A stretch of DNA of 47,899 nt, taken from NCBI GenBank assembly GCA_051745855.1, contig JBNJEK010000003.1, positions 1 to 47,899 on the forward strand. Direction: 5' to 3'. Each line of letters opens with the position of its first letter. Within the stretch, counting starts at the first letter, position 1. A program made the translations under genes and the position numbers. The stretch comes from Armatimonadota bacterium (GTDB lineage: Bacteria > Armatimonadota > Zipacnadia > Zipacnadales > UBA5352). Positions 37,706-46,965 of this stretch are shown in pieces. The notes below the pieces were generated by a model. It searched no databases. It saw only the letters and a list, made by a program, of their open reading frames with translations, and had not been told where the DNA came from.

Positions 37706-38215
37706 ATGGCAAAGCAGGACATTGAGTTCATGGAGCGTTTCGACGAATTCTGTGATGCGCTGTCCAGTGATGGGTCGCTGCTCGTCTCGCTGAACGACCA
37801 GGGCGTCCCCAACGCGATGACCATCGGATGGGCGATGCTCGGGATCGTCTGGCGGCGGCCGATCTGCGCGGTGTTCGTCCGGCCGTCCAGGTACACCTGG
37901 GGCTGCATTGAAGCGACCGGTGACTTCACCGTCTGCGTTCCCGGAGAGGACCTCAGCGAAGAGGTGCTCTTCTGCGGGACGAAATCGGGCCGGAATTACG
38001 ACAAATTCCAGGAGTGCGGCTTCACGCCGACCAACAGCAGGCACATCAAGTCGCCCGGGATCGATGAGTGCCGGATGATCTACGAATGCACCGTGGTGCA
38101 GAAAAACGATGTCGTCCCGGAACACTTCATCCCCGACATCGACGACACCCTCTACGCGGGCGGTGACTACCACCGCGTCTACTTCGGTGAGGTGCTGGCA
38201 AGCTACGCGGAGTAG
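37706..38215 (+). CDS. Flavin reductase / flavoredoxin family protein
   Basis: NAMTIGW, VFVRPSRYT, CGTKSGRNYDKF, DYHRVYFGEV; SD GAGGAGG. Confidence 0.9.
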   Translation: MAKQDIEFMERFDEFCDALSSDGSLLVSLNDQGVPNAMTIGWAMLGIVWRRPICAVFVRPSRYTWGCIEATGDFTVCVPGEDLSEEVLFCGTKSGRNYDKFQECGFTPTNSRHIKSPGIDECRMIYECTVVQKNDVVPEHFIPDIDDTLYAGGDYHRVYFGEVLASYAE

Positions 38216-38450
38216 GGGAAGTGGCCGGTGGCCGACGAACGGCTCCCGCGCCAGGGAGTCCGTATCAGAAGTTAAGGATAGCGAGGATTCCCCGTTGCAG
38301 TTCCTCCCTCTCGTCTCGCCTTGCGCTGCATCACTGAAGCCAACCATTAGATTCTGATGCGAAGCCCCGGGGAGGAAATGAGGGCGCGGAGCGCGAAGGT
38401 GACAGGGACACAAAAGAGACGGTCACACAGACCAGGGAGGTCAACACACC

Positions 38451-39482
38451 ATGCCCACGGTTGTCACCTACGGAGAGATTATGCTGCGACTGGCGCCCCC
38501 GGAGCGCCAGCGCTTTGTGCAGGCACGCTCATTCGACGTGATCTACGGCGGCGGAGAGGCGAACGTCGCCGCGACCCTCGCGAACTACGGGATCGACGCG
38601 CGCTTCGTCACAGCACTGCCGCCCCACGACATCGGCGACGCATGTGAGAACTTCCTGCGCCAGTTCGGCGTGGACACCTCCTACATCCTCCGCCAGGGCG
38701 ACCGCCTCGGGATCTACTTCCTCGAGATGGGCGCCGTCCAGCGCGGCTCAAAAGTCATCTACGACCGCGCACACTCCGCGCTTGCGGACATCCAGCCCGG
38801 CGACGTTGACTGGGAGCATGTCTTCGACGGCGCCGACTGGTTCCACTGGACGGGGATCACCCCCGCAATCAGCGAGGGCACCGCGACCGTGCTGCAGGAG
38901 GCCGTCGAGGCCGCTTCGGAACTGGGCATCACGATGTCCTGTGACCTCAACTACCGCAGCAAGCTGTGGAACTGGGGCAAGGAGCCCGGCGAGGTGATGG
39001 AGGGCCTGGTCGAGCACGTGGACGTTGCGGTCGGCAACGAAGAGGACGCCGACAAGGTCTTCGGCATCAAGCCCGAGGGCGTGGACGTAGAGGCCGGCGA
39101 ACTCGATGCGGCCGCCTACGAGAGCGTCTGCACCCAGCTCATGGAGCGTTTCCCGAAGATGAAGAAGTGCGCGATTACGCTGCGAAGCAGCGTTTCGGCG
39201 TCACACAACCGCTGGAGTGGCGTACTCTACGACGGGAACACGCTGCATCAGGCGAAGGAGTACGACATCACCGACATCGTCGATCGCGTCGGCGGCGGTG
39301 ACAGCTTCTGCGGCGGACTGGTCTACAGTCTCGTTTCGGGCAAGTCGGACAGCGACGCGCTCGAGTTCGCGGTGGCGGCAAGCTGCCTGAAGCACACGAT
39401 CTACGGCGACTTCAACCTCGTAAGCGTCGATGAGGTCGAGAAGCTGGCAGGCGGCCCGGGAACCGGCCGCGTGCAGCGCTGA
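38451..39482 (+). CDS. kdgK: PfkB-family sugar kinase, 2-keto-3-deoxygluconate kinase type
   Basis: GEIMLRL, GGGEANVA, VIYDRAHSA, FHWTGITPA, DLNYRSKLW, DRVGGGDSF. Confidence 0.85.
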   Translation: MPTVVTYGEIMLRLAPPERQRFVQARSFDVIYGGGEANVAATLANYGIDARFVTALPPHDIGDACENFLRQFGVDTSYILRQGDRLGIYFLEMGAVQRGSKVIYDRAHSALADIQPGDVDWEHVFDGADWFHWTGITPAISEGTATVLQEAVEAASELGITMSCDLNYRSKLWNWGKEPGEVMEGLVEHVDVAVGNEEDADKVFGIKPEGVDVEAGELDAAAYESVCTQLMERFPKMKKCAITLRSSVSASHNRWSGVLYDGNTLHQAKEYDITDIVDRVGGGDSFCGGLVYSLVSGKSDSDALEFAVAASCLKHTIYGDFNLVSVDEVEKLAGGPGTGRVQR

Positions 39483-39553
39483 ACGTTAGCCAACGGCGGC
39501 TGACGACGGCGCGAGACGGTGAACCGCGGGCGGTGGCGTTGCCGTCACCGCCT

Positions 39554-39588
39554 GCTGGATGCTGACAGCCGGACGCTGGTAGCTGACA
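39554..39588. repeat. Five tandem degenerate heptamers (consensus GCTGRYA)
   Basis: GCTGGAT GCTGACA GCCGGAC GCTGGTA GCTGACA. Confidence 0.6.
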
Positions 39589-39597
39589 GTTCTGTGG

Positions 39598-39626
39598 TTG
39601 ACCGTGCCGGGGGCTTGTGGTAGACT
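39598..39626 (+). promoter_or_regulatory. Sigma70 promoter of the rpsB operon
   Basis: TTGACC-N17-TAGACT with extended TG. Confidence 0.7.
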
Positions 39627-39806
39627 GAATTTCCCGCAAAGGGGCTGATGTACGCGTGCGGCACAGTTGCCGGACGTGAATAAACTGACGTACGAACGTC
39701 GGCGCTGCTCGGCCCACCCTTGCGCGTAACGGAGACGCTGGAGACCGGGTCGAAGCGCTTTGACGTGCGACCGCCAGATGCGGTCGTGGATTGGAGGAGA
39801 CGGACT

Positions 39807-40745
39807 TTGGCACTTGTGACAATGAAGGAACTGCTCGAAGCCGGCGTGCATTTTGGCCATCAGACTCGCCGGTGGAACCCCAAGATGAAGCCGTTCATCT
39901 ACCATGAGCGCAACGGCATCTACATCATCGATCTGCACGCGACCCTGCGCCTCGTCGAATCGGCGTATGAGTGCGCGAAAAACGTGGCGGCCGAGGGCGG
40001 TACCGTGCTGTTTATCGGCACGAAGCGGCAGGGCCAGGAGTCGATCCAGGAGGCGGCCGAGAAGTGCGGCATGCCCTATGTCATCAACCGGTGGCTTGGC
40101 GGTATGCTGACAAACTGGCAGACGATCAGCAAGCGGATCGACTACATGCGCGAGTTGACGGAGGCCGAGGAGCGAGGCGAGTGGACGCGCCTGACGAAGA
40201 AGGAGGCGCTCAAGCTCTCCCGCGAGCGTGATAAGCTCGAGCACTCCCTCGGCGGGATCCAGGACATGGACGGCCCGCCGGACGCGGTCTTCATCGTGGA
40301 CACCAAGCGCGAGGAGACGGCGGTCGCCGAGGCCGCGAAGCTTGAGCTTCCGATCATCGCCGTGATCGACACTAACGCCGATCCCGAGCCGATCGACTAT
40401 CCGATCCCCGGCAACGATGACGCGATTCGGGCGATCCGACTGTTCGCGAACCTGATCTCCGAGGCCGTGCAGGAGGGGCAGCTTGAGTACCAGCAGAAGC
40501 TGGTGGCCGACGCCGACTCCCTTGAGCAGGCCGAGGCGATGGCCGCCCGCCAGGGTATCGAACTGGACGAGAAGCTCGTGGAGCGCATGATCGAGGAGCA
40601 GGAGAAGCAGCTTGCGGAGGAAGAGGCCGTGGCCGAGGAGATCGCCGAGGAGTTTGCCGGCGCGGTCGAGGATCAGTTCGTGGAAGAGCAGTTGATCGAA
40701 CTGATCGACGAGGGATCAGAAGAGGAAGCAGAAGAGGAAGAGTAA
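39807..40745 (+). CDS. rpsB: 30S ribosomal protein S2 with an acidic C-tail
   Basis: MKELLEAGVHFGHQTRRWNPKM, RWLGGMLTN, IPGNDDAIRAI; TTG start after SD GGAGGAG. Confidence 0.98.
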   Translation: MALVTMKELLEAGVHFGHQTRRWNPKMKPFIYHERNGIYIIDLHATLRLVESAYECAKNVAAEGGTVLFIGTKRQGQESIQEAAEKCGMPYVINRWLGGMLTNWQTISKRIDYMRELTEAEERGEWTRLTKKEALKLSRERDKLEHSLGGIQDMDGPPDAVFIVDTKREETAVAEAAKLELPIIAVIDTNADPEPIDYPIPGNDDAIRAIRLFANLISEAVQEGQLEYQQKLVADADSLEQAEAMAARQGIELDEKLVERMIEEQEKQLAEEEAVAEEIAEEFAGAVEDQFVEEQLIELIDEGSEEEAEEEE

Positions 40746-40810
40746 CCACGGTGGCGCGGTCGGGGGCCTGCACACGCCCCCTGCTGCGGCAGTGTCAGGA
40801 GGATTAACTG

Positions 40811-41413
40811 ATGTCCGTTAATGTTGAGAATGTCAAGACGCTGCGCGAGAAGACCGGCGCGGGCTTCATGGACTGCAAGAACGCGCTGACCGAGGCCGGA
40901 GGCGACATGGAGAAGGCCGTCGATCTTCTCCGCCAGAAGGGTATCGACGTTGCGATGTCGCGCGAGGGGAAGGCGGCCGAGGAGGGCGTCATCTCGTCGT
41001 ACGTGCACGCCGGCAATCAGATCGGCGTGCTGGTCGATCTGCGATGTGAGACCGACTTCGTGGCGCGGACGGACGAGTTCCGGGAGTTCGGTCGCGACAT
41101 CGCTATGCAGATCGCGGCGATGGATCCGAAGTGGATCGCCCCTGAGGATGTGCCTGAGGAGGCGCTCGAGCGCGAGCGCGAGGTTCTCACCCAGCAGGCG
41201 CTGGAAGAGGGCAAGCCCGAGCACATCGTGGAGAAGATGGTCGAGGGGCGGCTTCAGAAATTCTACTCCGAAGTCTGCCTGATGAACCAGCCCTTCATCC
41301 GCGACGACAGCCTGACAATCGAGGATAAGCTCAACGAACTCATCGCACAGACCGGTGAGCGCGTAGTGATAAATCGCTTCGTCCGCTACCAGGTGGGCGA
41401 GGAGACCGAATAA
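40811..41413 (+). CDS. tsf: Elongation factor Ts (short form)
   Basis: [40 protein letters not shown]. Confidence 0.98.
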   Translation: MSVNVENVKTLREKTGAGFMDCKNALTEAGGDMEKAVDLLRQKGIDVAMSREGKAAEEGVISSYVHAGNQIGVLVDLRCETDFVARTDEFREFGRDIAMQIAAMDPKWIAPEDVPEEALEREREVLTQQALEEGKPEHIVEKMVEGRLQKFYSEVCLMNQPFIRDDSLTIEDKLNELIAQTGERVVINRFVRYQVGEETE

Positions 41414-41423
41414 GAACGGACGG

Positions 41424-42155
41424 GTGGCGCCATTGACCGGTGCAAGATCGGCACCTTATACGCGTGTGCTGCTGAAGCTCAGCGGCGCTGCGTTTAGCGG
41501 TCCGGACGCGAACGGCATTCACTGGCCGACGGTGGATCGGATCGCGGGGGAACTGGAGGACGCCCGGGACGCGGGCGCGGAACTGGCGGTCGTGGTTGGC
41601 GGGGGGAACATCTGGCGCGGGCATGACGCCGCGGCCCAGGGCATGGAGCGTGCCGCGGCCGACTACGCGGGGATGGTCGCGACGGTGATCAACGCACTGG
41701 CGCTGCAGGACGCGCTGGAGGGCCGCGGGGTTGATACGCGCGCCCAGACCGCGATCGAGATGCGCGAAGTGGCTGAGCCTTTCATCCGGCGACGCGCGAC
41801 GCGCCACCTTGAGAAGGGGCGCGTGGTGATCTTCGGCGCGGGGACAGGGAACCCGTTCTTCACAAGTGACACCGCCGGTGTCCTGCGGGCGCTTGAGATC
41901 AACGCGGATGTCATCATGAAAGCGACGGATGTTGACGGGGTCTACGACAGCGACCCCGGCATCAACGCCAGCGCGGAATTGCTCAAGGAGGTGACCCACC
42001 TGGAGGTCCTGAACCGGGACCTGCGGGTGATGGACGCCACGGCGATCTCGCTGGCGAAAGACAACGATCTGCCGATCGTCGTCTTCAACATGAATGTGCC
42101 GGGGAACATCCTCCGGTGCGTGATGGGCGAGTCGATCGGCACGATCGTCAGGTAA
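41424..42155 (+). CDS. pyrH: UMP kinase
   Basis: [43 protein letters not shown]. Confidence 0.98.
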   Translation: MAPLTGARSAPYTRVLLKLSGAAFSGPDANGIHWPTVDRIAGELEDARDAGAELAVVVGGGNIWRGHDAAAQGMERAAADYAGMVATVINALALQDALEGRGVDTRAQTAIEMREVAEPFIRRRATRHLEKGRVVIFGAGTGNPFFTSDTAGVLRALEINADVIMKATDVDGVYDSDPGINASAELLKEVTHLEVLNRDLRVMDATAISLAKDNDLPIVVFNMNVPGNILRCVMGESIGTIVR

Positions 42156-42188
42156 GTCGGCAACCCCCGCCCAACGGAGGGATGACTG

Positions 42189-42743
42189 ATGGACCGATTG
42201 ATTGCCAAAGCCAAGGCGGACATGGAAAAGACCACACAGATCGTGCAGAAGGACATTGCCGCGTTCCGCACGGGAAGGGCCTCTCCGGCGCTCGTGGAGA
42301 ACCTTGAGGTCGAGTACTACGGGACGAAGGTCCCCGTGAACCAGATCGCGTCGATCCAGGTGATCGACACGCGGCTTCTGGGCATCACTCCGTGGGACAA
42401 GAACGCTCTCTCGGCGATCGAGAAGGCGATCATGACCTCTGAGCTTGGTCTGATGCCGACGAATGACGGGAACATCATCCGCCTGGAGATCCCGTCACTG
42501 ACGGAGGAGCGGCGCGAGGAGCTGTCGCGGCAGATTCGTAAGCGGATCGAGGAGGGGCGGGTTGCGATCCGCAACGTCCGGCGGGCGACGAATGACGCGA
42601 TCGACAAGCGGACGGATGAAGAGGGTTGGTCGGAGGCCGAGGTGCGCGCGGGGAAGGACGATGTGCAGGAGTTGACGGACGCGTACACCGAGCACATTGA
42701 GGAGATCGGCGAAGAGAAGATCGAAGAGATCATGGAGCTATGA
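42189..42743 (+). CDS. frr: Ribosome recycling factor
   Basis: RTGRASP, VEYYG, PWDK, PSLTEERR, RVAIRNVRR. Confidence 0.98.
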   Translation: MDRLIAKAKADMEKTTQIVQKDIAAFRTGRASPALVENLEVEYYGTKVPVNQIASIQVIDTRLLGITPWDKNALSAIEKAIMTSELGLMPTNDGNIIRLEIPSLTEERREELSRQIRKRIEEGRVAIRNVRRATNDAIDKRTDEEGWSEAEVRAGKDDVQELTDAYTEHIEEIGEEKIEEIMEL

Positions 42744-42964
42744 ACGCCGAGCCTCCCGACACAACCGGCTACCCGCTGGAGGAAGCCCGGGAGATGCTCG
42801 CGGCGGCCGGATACGACGCCATCGAGGTGTCTCGAGTGGGGCGAGATGACGAGTTGAGCCGCAAACACCGTGTGATGGTGATCCGGCAGCGCCCCGGCAA
42901 GGATGGCGCCGTGGACCTGACCGTGGCGGCCGAATGGCGGACGCCGATCAGACAGGAAAGTTAG
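42740..42964 (+). CDS. Small stand-alone PASTA-like protein
   Basis: PDTTGYPLEEAREML..VIRQRP..VDLTVA; ATGA overlap with the frr stop. Confidence 0.7.
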   Translation: MNAEPPDTTGYPLEEAREMLAAAGYDAIEVSRVGRDDELSRKHRVMVIRQRPGKDGAVDLTVAAEWRTPIRQES

Positions 42965-42974
42965 TCGGAATGTG

Positions 42975-43008
42975 CAGGCCCGGGGAATCAGGCTCCCCGG
43001 GCCTGTTT
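42975..43008 (+). terminator. Intrinsic terminator after frr-PASTA
   Basis: CAGGCCCGGGGA-N7-TCCCCGGGCCTG-TTT. Confidence 0.7.
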
Positions 43009-43043
43009 AGCATCTGCGCGTTGAGGGAATGGAGTCAGAGGCG

Positions 43044-43769
43044 ATGAGTGACGAGCAGCGAATGATGCCGCGACATGTAGCGGTGATCATGGACGGCAAC
43101 GGTCGGTGGGCGGTGGAGCAGGGCCTCGAGCGGGAAGAGGGGCACCGTGCTGGCCGCCATGCCGCGCGAAGGTTCATGAGGGCCGCGCAGGCGCGTGACA
43201 TCGAAGCGGTCTCACTCTACGCCTTCAGTTCGGAGAACTGGATGCGCCCCGGCCCTGAGGTTGACGCCCTGATGGAGTTGATCGAGACGGCGCTGCTGGT
43301 GGAATTGGAGGAGTTGTGCCGGCACGGCGTCAAGCTTCGAGTCTCGGGACGGCGCTGGGAGTTGCCGAGACCGCTGCAGCGGGCGCTGCGCAACGCCGAA
43401 GCGGCGACCGCCGACAACACGTCGATGATCCTCAACCTGTGCGTGAACTACGGGGGGCAGGTGGAGATCGTGGACGCGGCGAAAGGGATAGCGCGCGATG
43501 TGATGGCGGGGAAGCTGGAGATCGATGAGATCGAGCCGGAGATGTTCAGCGACTATCTCTACGTCCCGGATGTTCCTCCGGTCGATCTGCTGATTCGGCC
43601 GGGTGGCGACATGCGGGTGAGCAATTTCTTGCTCTGGCAGATCGCGTACGCGGAGTTCCTGGTGCTGGACAAGTACTGGCCGGATTTTCAGCCGGAGGAC
43701 CTTGACGCGGCGATCGAAGAATACCGGAGGCGCCAGCGACGCTTCGGCGGCCTGGCGCTGGACGACTGA
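43044..43769 (+). CDS. uppS: Undecaprenyl/polyprenyl diphosphate synthase
   Basis: PRHVAVIMDGNGRWA, YAFSSENWMRP, NYGG, DLLIRPGGDMRVSNFLLWQ, RRFGG. Alternative start at 43029. Confidence 0.97.
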   Translation: MSDEQRMMPRHVAVIMDGNGRWAVEQGLEREEGHRAGRHAARRFMRAAQARDIEAVSLYAFSSENWMRPGPEVDALMELIETALLVELEELCRHGVKLRVSGRRWELPRPLQRALRNAEAATADNTSMILNLCVNYGGQVEIVDAAKGIARDVMAGKLEIDEIEPEMFSDYLYVPDVPPVDLLIRPGGDMRVSNFLLWQIAYAEFLVLDKYWPDFQPEDLDAAIEEYRRRQRRFGGLALDD

Positions 43770-43831
43770 GAGTGCACAGCCAACGGGACAGCAGGGATGA
43801 AAGTCCGAATCAGTGCGGGAGGCGAGCCGAG

Positions 43832-44320
43832 ATGAAGCGTTTCGCGATGGTCGCAGTGTTTGCGATGGGCGTCGCACTTTTGTGTGGCGTGATGGTTCAG
43901 CCGGCGATGGCCGAGGTGGAGGGCGAGGTTAAGATCCTCGCCGGCGAGGACGAGAAGCCGGTGACGGATGCGAACTACGTTCCGGACATGTTTGAGATCG
44001 GCATCAACGGAGAGATGTTCTTCCGTATACGTGCCCAGGCCGCGGGCTTCTCGCCCGCCGAGCGCGCGAGGATCGTCAACACGCGGCTGGTGCACATCAT
44101 CTCCTTCTCGCCGTTCGACATGCACGCGGTGCGCGTCGAGCCGGTGCGCGGGAAGCCGACGATCTACGTGGGTGATGTCCGGCTGATCACGGTGTATCCC
44201 AGTGACGTTGAGGCCACCGGGGCGGAGTCGATGGAGCAGCTTGCGAACGTCTGGGCGGCTGCGACAGCCTGCTGTCTGCAGAACGTCGTTCCCGCCTCGC
44301 GGGTCGAAGGCGAGCAATAA
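43832..44320 (+). CDS. Exported hypothetical protein
   Basis: SD GGGAGG; signal ending PAMA-E; motif FRIRAQAAGFSPAERA..RL..IYVGDVRLITV..LANVWA. Confidence 0.75.
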   Translation: MKRFAMVAVFAMGVALLCGVMVQPAMAEVEGEVKILAGEDEKPVTDANYVPDMFEIGINGEMFFRIRAQAAGFSPAERARIVNTRLVHIISFSPFDMHAVRVEPVRGKPTIYVGDVRLITVYPSDVEATGAESMEQLANVWAAATACCLQNVVPASRVEGEQ

Positions 44321-44345
44321 GCGACGCGTTGACATGGTCGATCTT

Positions 44346-44380
44346 CAGGCGCCCCGGCTGACCGGGGCGCCTGTTTAATT
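44346..44380 (+). terminator. Intrinsic terminator
   Basis: CAGGCGCCCCGG-CTGA-CCGGGGCGCCTG-TTTAATT. Confidence 0.8.
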
Positions 44381-44417
44381 GATGGGCGCGTCAAGCGCGC
44401 CATGGGAGGCAGAGTTG

Positions 44418-45590
44418 ATGCAGGTGGAAAGCTGTGCGGGGCTCGACTACGAACTGCCGACGCGAATCAGATACGGCCTGGGGCGAGTGGGGGAGTTGGG
44501 GGAGATCGCGTCGGGCCTGGGAACGAGGGCGCTGCTGGTGACGACCGCCGGGGTGCCGCACGTTGCCCGTGTGGAGGAGTTGTTGACGACAGCCGGCGTC
44601 GAGGTCGTGATGGTCGACGATGCCGAGCCGAATCCCTCGGTGGAGAGCGTGGATCGTGCGGGGACGGTCGCGAGGGAGAGCGGCTGTGACCTCACAGTCG
44701 GCCTCGGCGGGGGTAGCTCGATCGACACGGGGAAGGGGGGGGCGGTGGTTGCGACAAATCCCGGCAGCGTCTGGGAGTATTCGCTGGAGTACGAGGGCGA
44801 GACGCGGCAGATCGACGATGAGCCGCTGCCGATCGTGGCTGTGCCGACGACCGCGGGGACGGGCTCGGAGGTGAACTTCGTGGCGGTGCTGTCGAATCAC
44901 GCGACCGGGCAGAAGGGGCCGCTGCGCAGCGATCACATCCGACCGGCGTACGCGGTGATCGATCCGGAGTTGACGGCGACGATGCCGGCGTCGGTGACGG
45001 CGAGCACGGGGTTCGATGCCCTCACACACGCATTTGAGCGCTACTTCGGAGGAAGCTGGCATCCTTTCGTGGATATGATGACCGCGAACACGATCGCGAC
45101 GGTGATCGAGCAACTTCCACGCGCGCTCCGGCAGCCCGACGACATGGAGGCGCGGGCGCGGATGTCGTGGGCGGCGACCCAGGGGGCGCTGTGCGTGCTG
45201 GCGCCGATGGGGGAGTCGGGCCTGCATATCTTCGGGCTGGCGGTCTCCGCGGTGATCGACGCCGCGCATGGGCGCGCGCTGGCGGCGGTGATGCCCCCGG
45301 TGCTGGCGGATCTTGCCGGCGGCTACCCCGAGCGGGCGGCGCGGCTGGCGGGGATGCTTGGCGATGAGGAGAGGGCCGATCGCGCGGTGCCGGCGATGGT
45401 GCGGTGGCTCGAGGAGATTGACATGCGCGTGACGCTGGCCGATCTCGGTGCGGATGAGAGCGATCTGCCGGCGTTGGTCGCGGCCACCAGCAGGCAGCGC
45501 CTGGACGGCGGCTATCATCGGCCGATGGACGAGGCGGACGTGCGGGCGATCTACGAGGACGCGCTGTCGGGCTCGGCGGGGTCAGGATGA
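44418..45590 (+). CDS. Iron-containing alcohol dehydrogenase family protein
   Basis: PTRIRYG, EPNP, GLGGGSSIDTGK, VPTTAGTGSE, DPEL; metal ligands in DALTH, GLH and AHG. Confidence 0.92.
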   Translation: MQVESCAGLDYELPTRIRYGLGRVGELGEIASGLGTRALLVTTAGVPHVARVEELLTTAGVEVVMVDDAEPNPSVESVDRAGTVARESGCDLTVGLGGGSSIDTGKGGAVVATNPGSVWEYSLEYEGETRQIDDEPLPIVAVPTTAGTGSEVNFVAVLSNHATGQKGPLRSDHIRPAYAVIDPELTATMPASVTASTGFDALTHAFERYFGGSWHPFVDMMTANTIATVIEQLPRALRQPDDMEARARMSWAATQGALCVLAPMGESGLHIFGLAVSAVIDAAHGRALAAVMPPVLADLAGGYPERAARLAGMLGDEERADRAVPAMVRWLEEIDMRVTLADLGADESDLPALVAATSRQRLDGGYHRPMDEADVRAIYEDALSGSAGSG

Positions 45591-46853
45591 CGCGTCTTCA
45601 TCAAGCAGTCGCTGATAGACGGCGATGAGGGCGCGAGCGGACCGCGTGGGGTCGAATTCTCCGATGACATCGGCGGCCTGGCGGTCGGGGGAGTCGGCCG
45701 CACCGGCGTCGGGCGTTGCCCACGAGGCCTCGATGTCGTAGAAATCTTTGGAGACGAGGAACGAGGCAGCGAGCGGGGCGTCGGGGGCTGAATCTCGCGC
45801 GGGCTCCATCTGCGCGGCGGCCGCCCGCAGCCGCCGGATGATGCCGTCAGCGAGGGCCCCGGGTCCCTCGTCGGGCGCGATGGTGACGCGGGGGCTTCTG
45901 ATGAGCATCTCCGCGACCTCCCCGCCCTCGATCGCGACGACGCCGACGTCAGCTTCAAGCGCCTGCAGGGCGAGCATCCCCGATGGCCATCCGCGCTGGG
46001 GTGTGACGAGCACGTTGAGCGCAGAGATGGCGCGGCGGAAGCGGTCGCCGGGATCCACGAAGACCGTGGCGCCGAGCAGACCTCGCTGATGGGCGAGGTT
46101 TTGATACAATTCGCGGTCCGCGTCGCCTCCGATCAGCGCGAACTCGATGCTGGGGTAGTCCATGCACAGCGATGCTCCGGCGTCGAGGAATGTGACGAGG
46201 TCTGCCTCGGCGAGATCGTCGATGATGCAGCCGACGACGACCGCGGACTGCGTGATGCCAAGCAGCGAGCGCCGGCGTCCGAGATCGAGCGAGTCGGGTT
46301 GTGCGCCGGCGGGGCGCGGGTAGGGTACCAGTTCCGCGCGTTCACCGGCGGCTTCGTCGAGAGCGTGAAGGTCGTCGCGCTGGGCGTCGGTCGGGACGAC
46401 CACGGCGTCTGAGTGATTGAGCAGCCAGCGGTAGACGCGCCGCCTCATTCCCAGGCGCGGGTCCTCCTCGAGGCGGTGGGGCTGGAAGTGCGGGGATGCC
46501 ACGACGGGCACCGGGCGGGAGATCGCCCGCCGGGCACGAATCGCCGCGAGCATCGCGCCGAAGCCGTGGGCGTGGACAAGGATCGGGCGGGCCTCGCGGA
46601 CGCTCTGCGACTGATCGCGGGCATCGCCCCACCGCTCGGTCACCGAATCACCGGAGGGCGGGGGAAGATCGCGCGTCGGCACGCCCGCGGAGGCGATGAG
46701 CCGGCGGCCGGATCGGGTCAGCGGGCCGAGCACACGGATGGGGTACCCCCACTTCCGCAGGACGGACGCGACCGAGGCGACCTGCTCCTCAGCCTGGGGG
46801 GATGGCGAGCCGATCAGATGGACGATTTCGCGGGCATCCGGTGAATCGGGCAC
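45582..46853 (-). CDS. GT4-like (GT-B) glycosyltransferase, degenerate
   Basis: LVHAHG, VPVVASPH, DAVVVP, and a C-terminal GT-B domain; SD AGGAGG before GTG. Confidence 0.75.
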   Translation of the reverse strand: MPDSPDAREIVHLIGSPSPQAEEQVASVASVLRKWGYPIRVLGPLTRSGRRLIASAGVPTRDLPPPSGDSVTERWGDARDQSQSVREARPILVHAHGFGAMLAAIRARRAISRPVPVVASPHFQPHRLEEDPRLGMRRRVYRWLLNHSDAVVVPTDAQRDDLHALDEAAGERAELVPYPRPAGAQPDSLDLGRRRSLLGITQSAVVVGCIIDDLAEADLVTFLDAGASLCMDYPSIEFALIGGDADRELYQNLAHQRGLLGATVFVDPGDRFRRAISALNVLVTPQRGWPSGMLALQALEADVGVVAIEGGEVAEMLIRSPRVTIAPDEGPGALADGIIRRLRAAAAQMEPARDSAPDAPLAASFLVSKDFYDIEASWATPDAGAADSPDRQAADVIGEFDPTRSARALIAVYQRLLDEDASS

Positions 46854-46884
46854 CTAGCAGGGCCTCCTGGCCTCGAGTGAGTTT

Positions 46885-46914
46885 GTTATATCACAACCGC
46901 CGTGGTGGCGGCAA
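46885..46914 (-). promoter_or_regulatory. Sigma70 promoter of the GT4 gene
   Basis: Minus strand TTGCCG-N18-TATAAC with extended TG. Confidence 0.6.
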
Positions 46915-46965
46915 CGGCGCACATCGATCGGGTGCAAACGCAGACTGTCGGTGGCTGCCTGCGTG

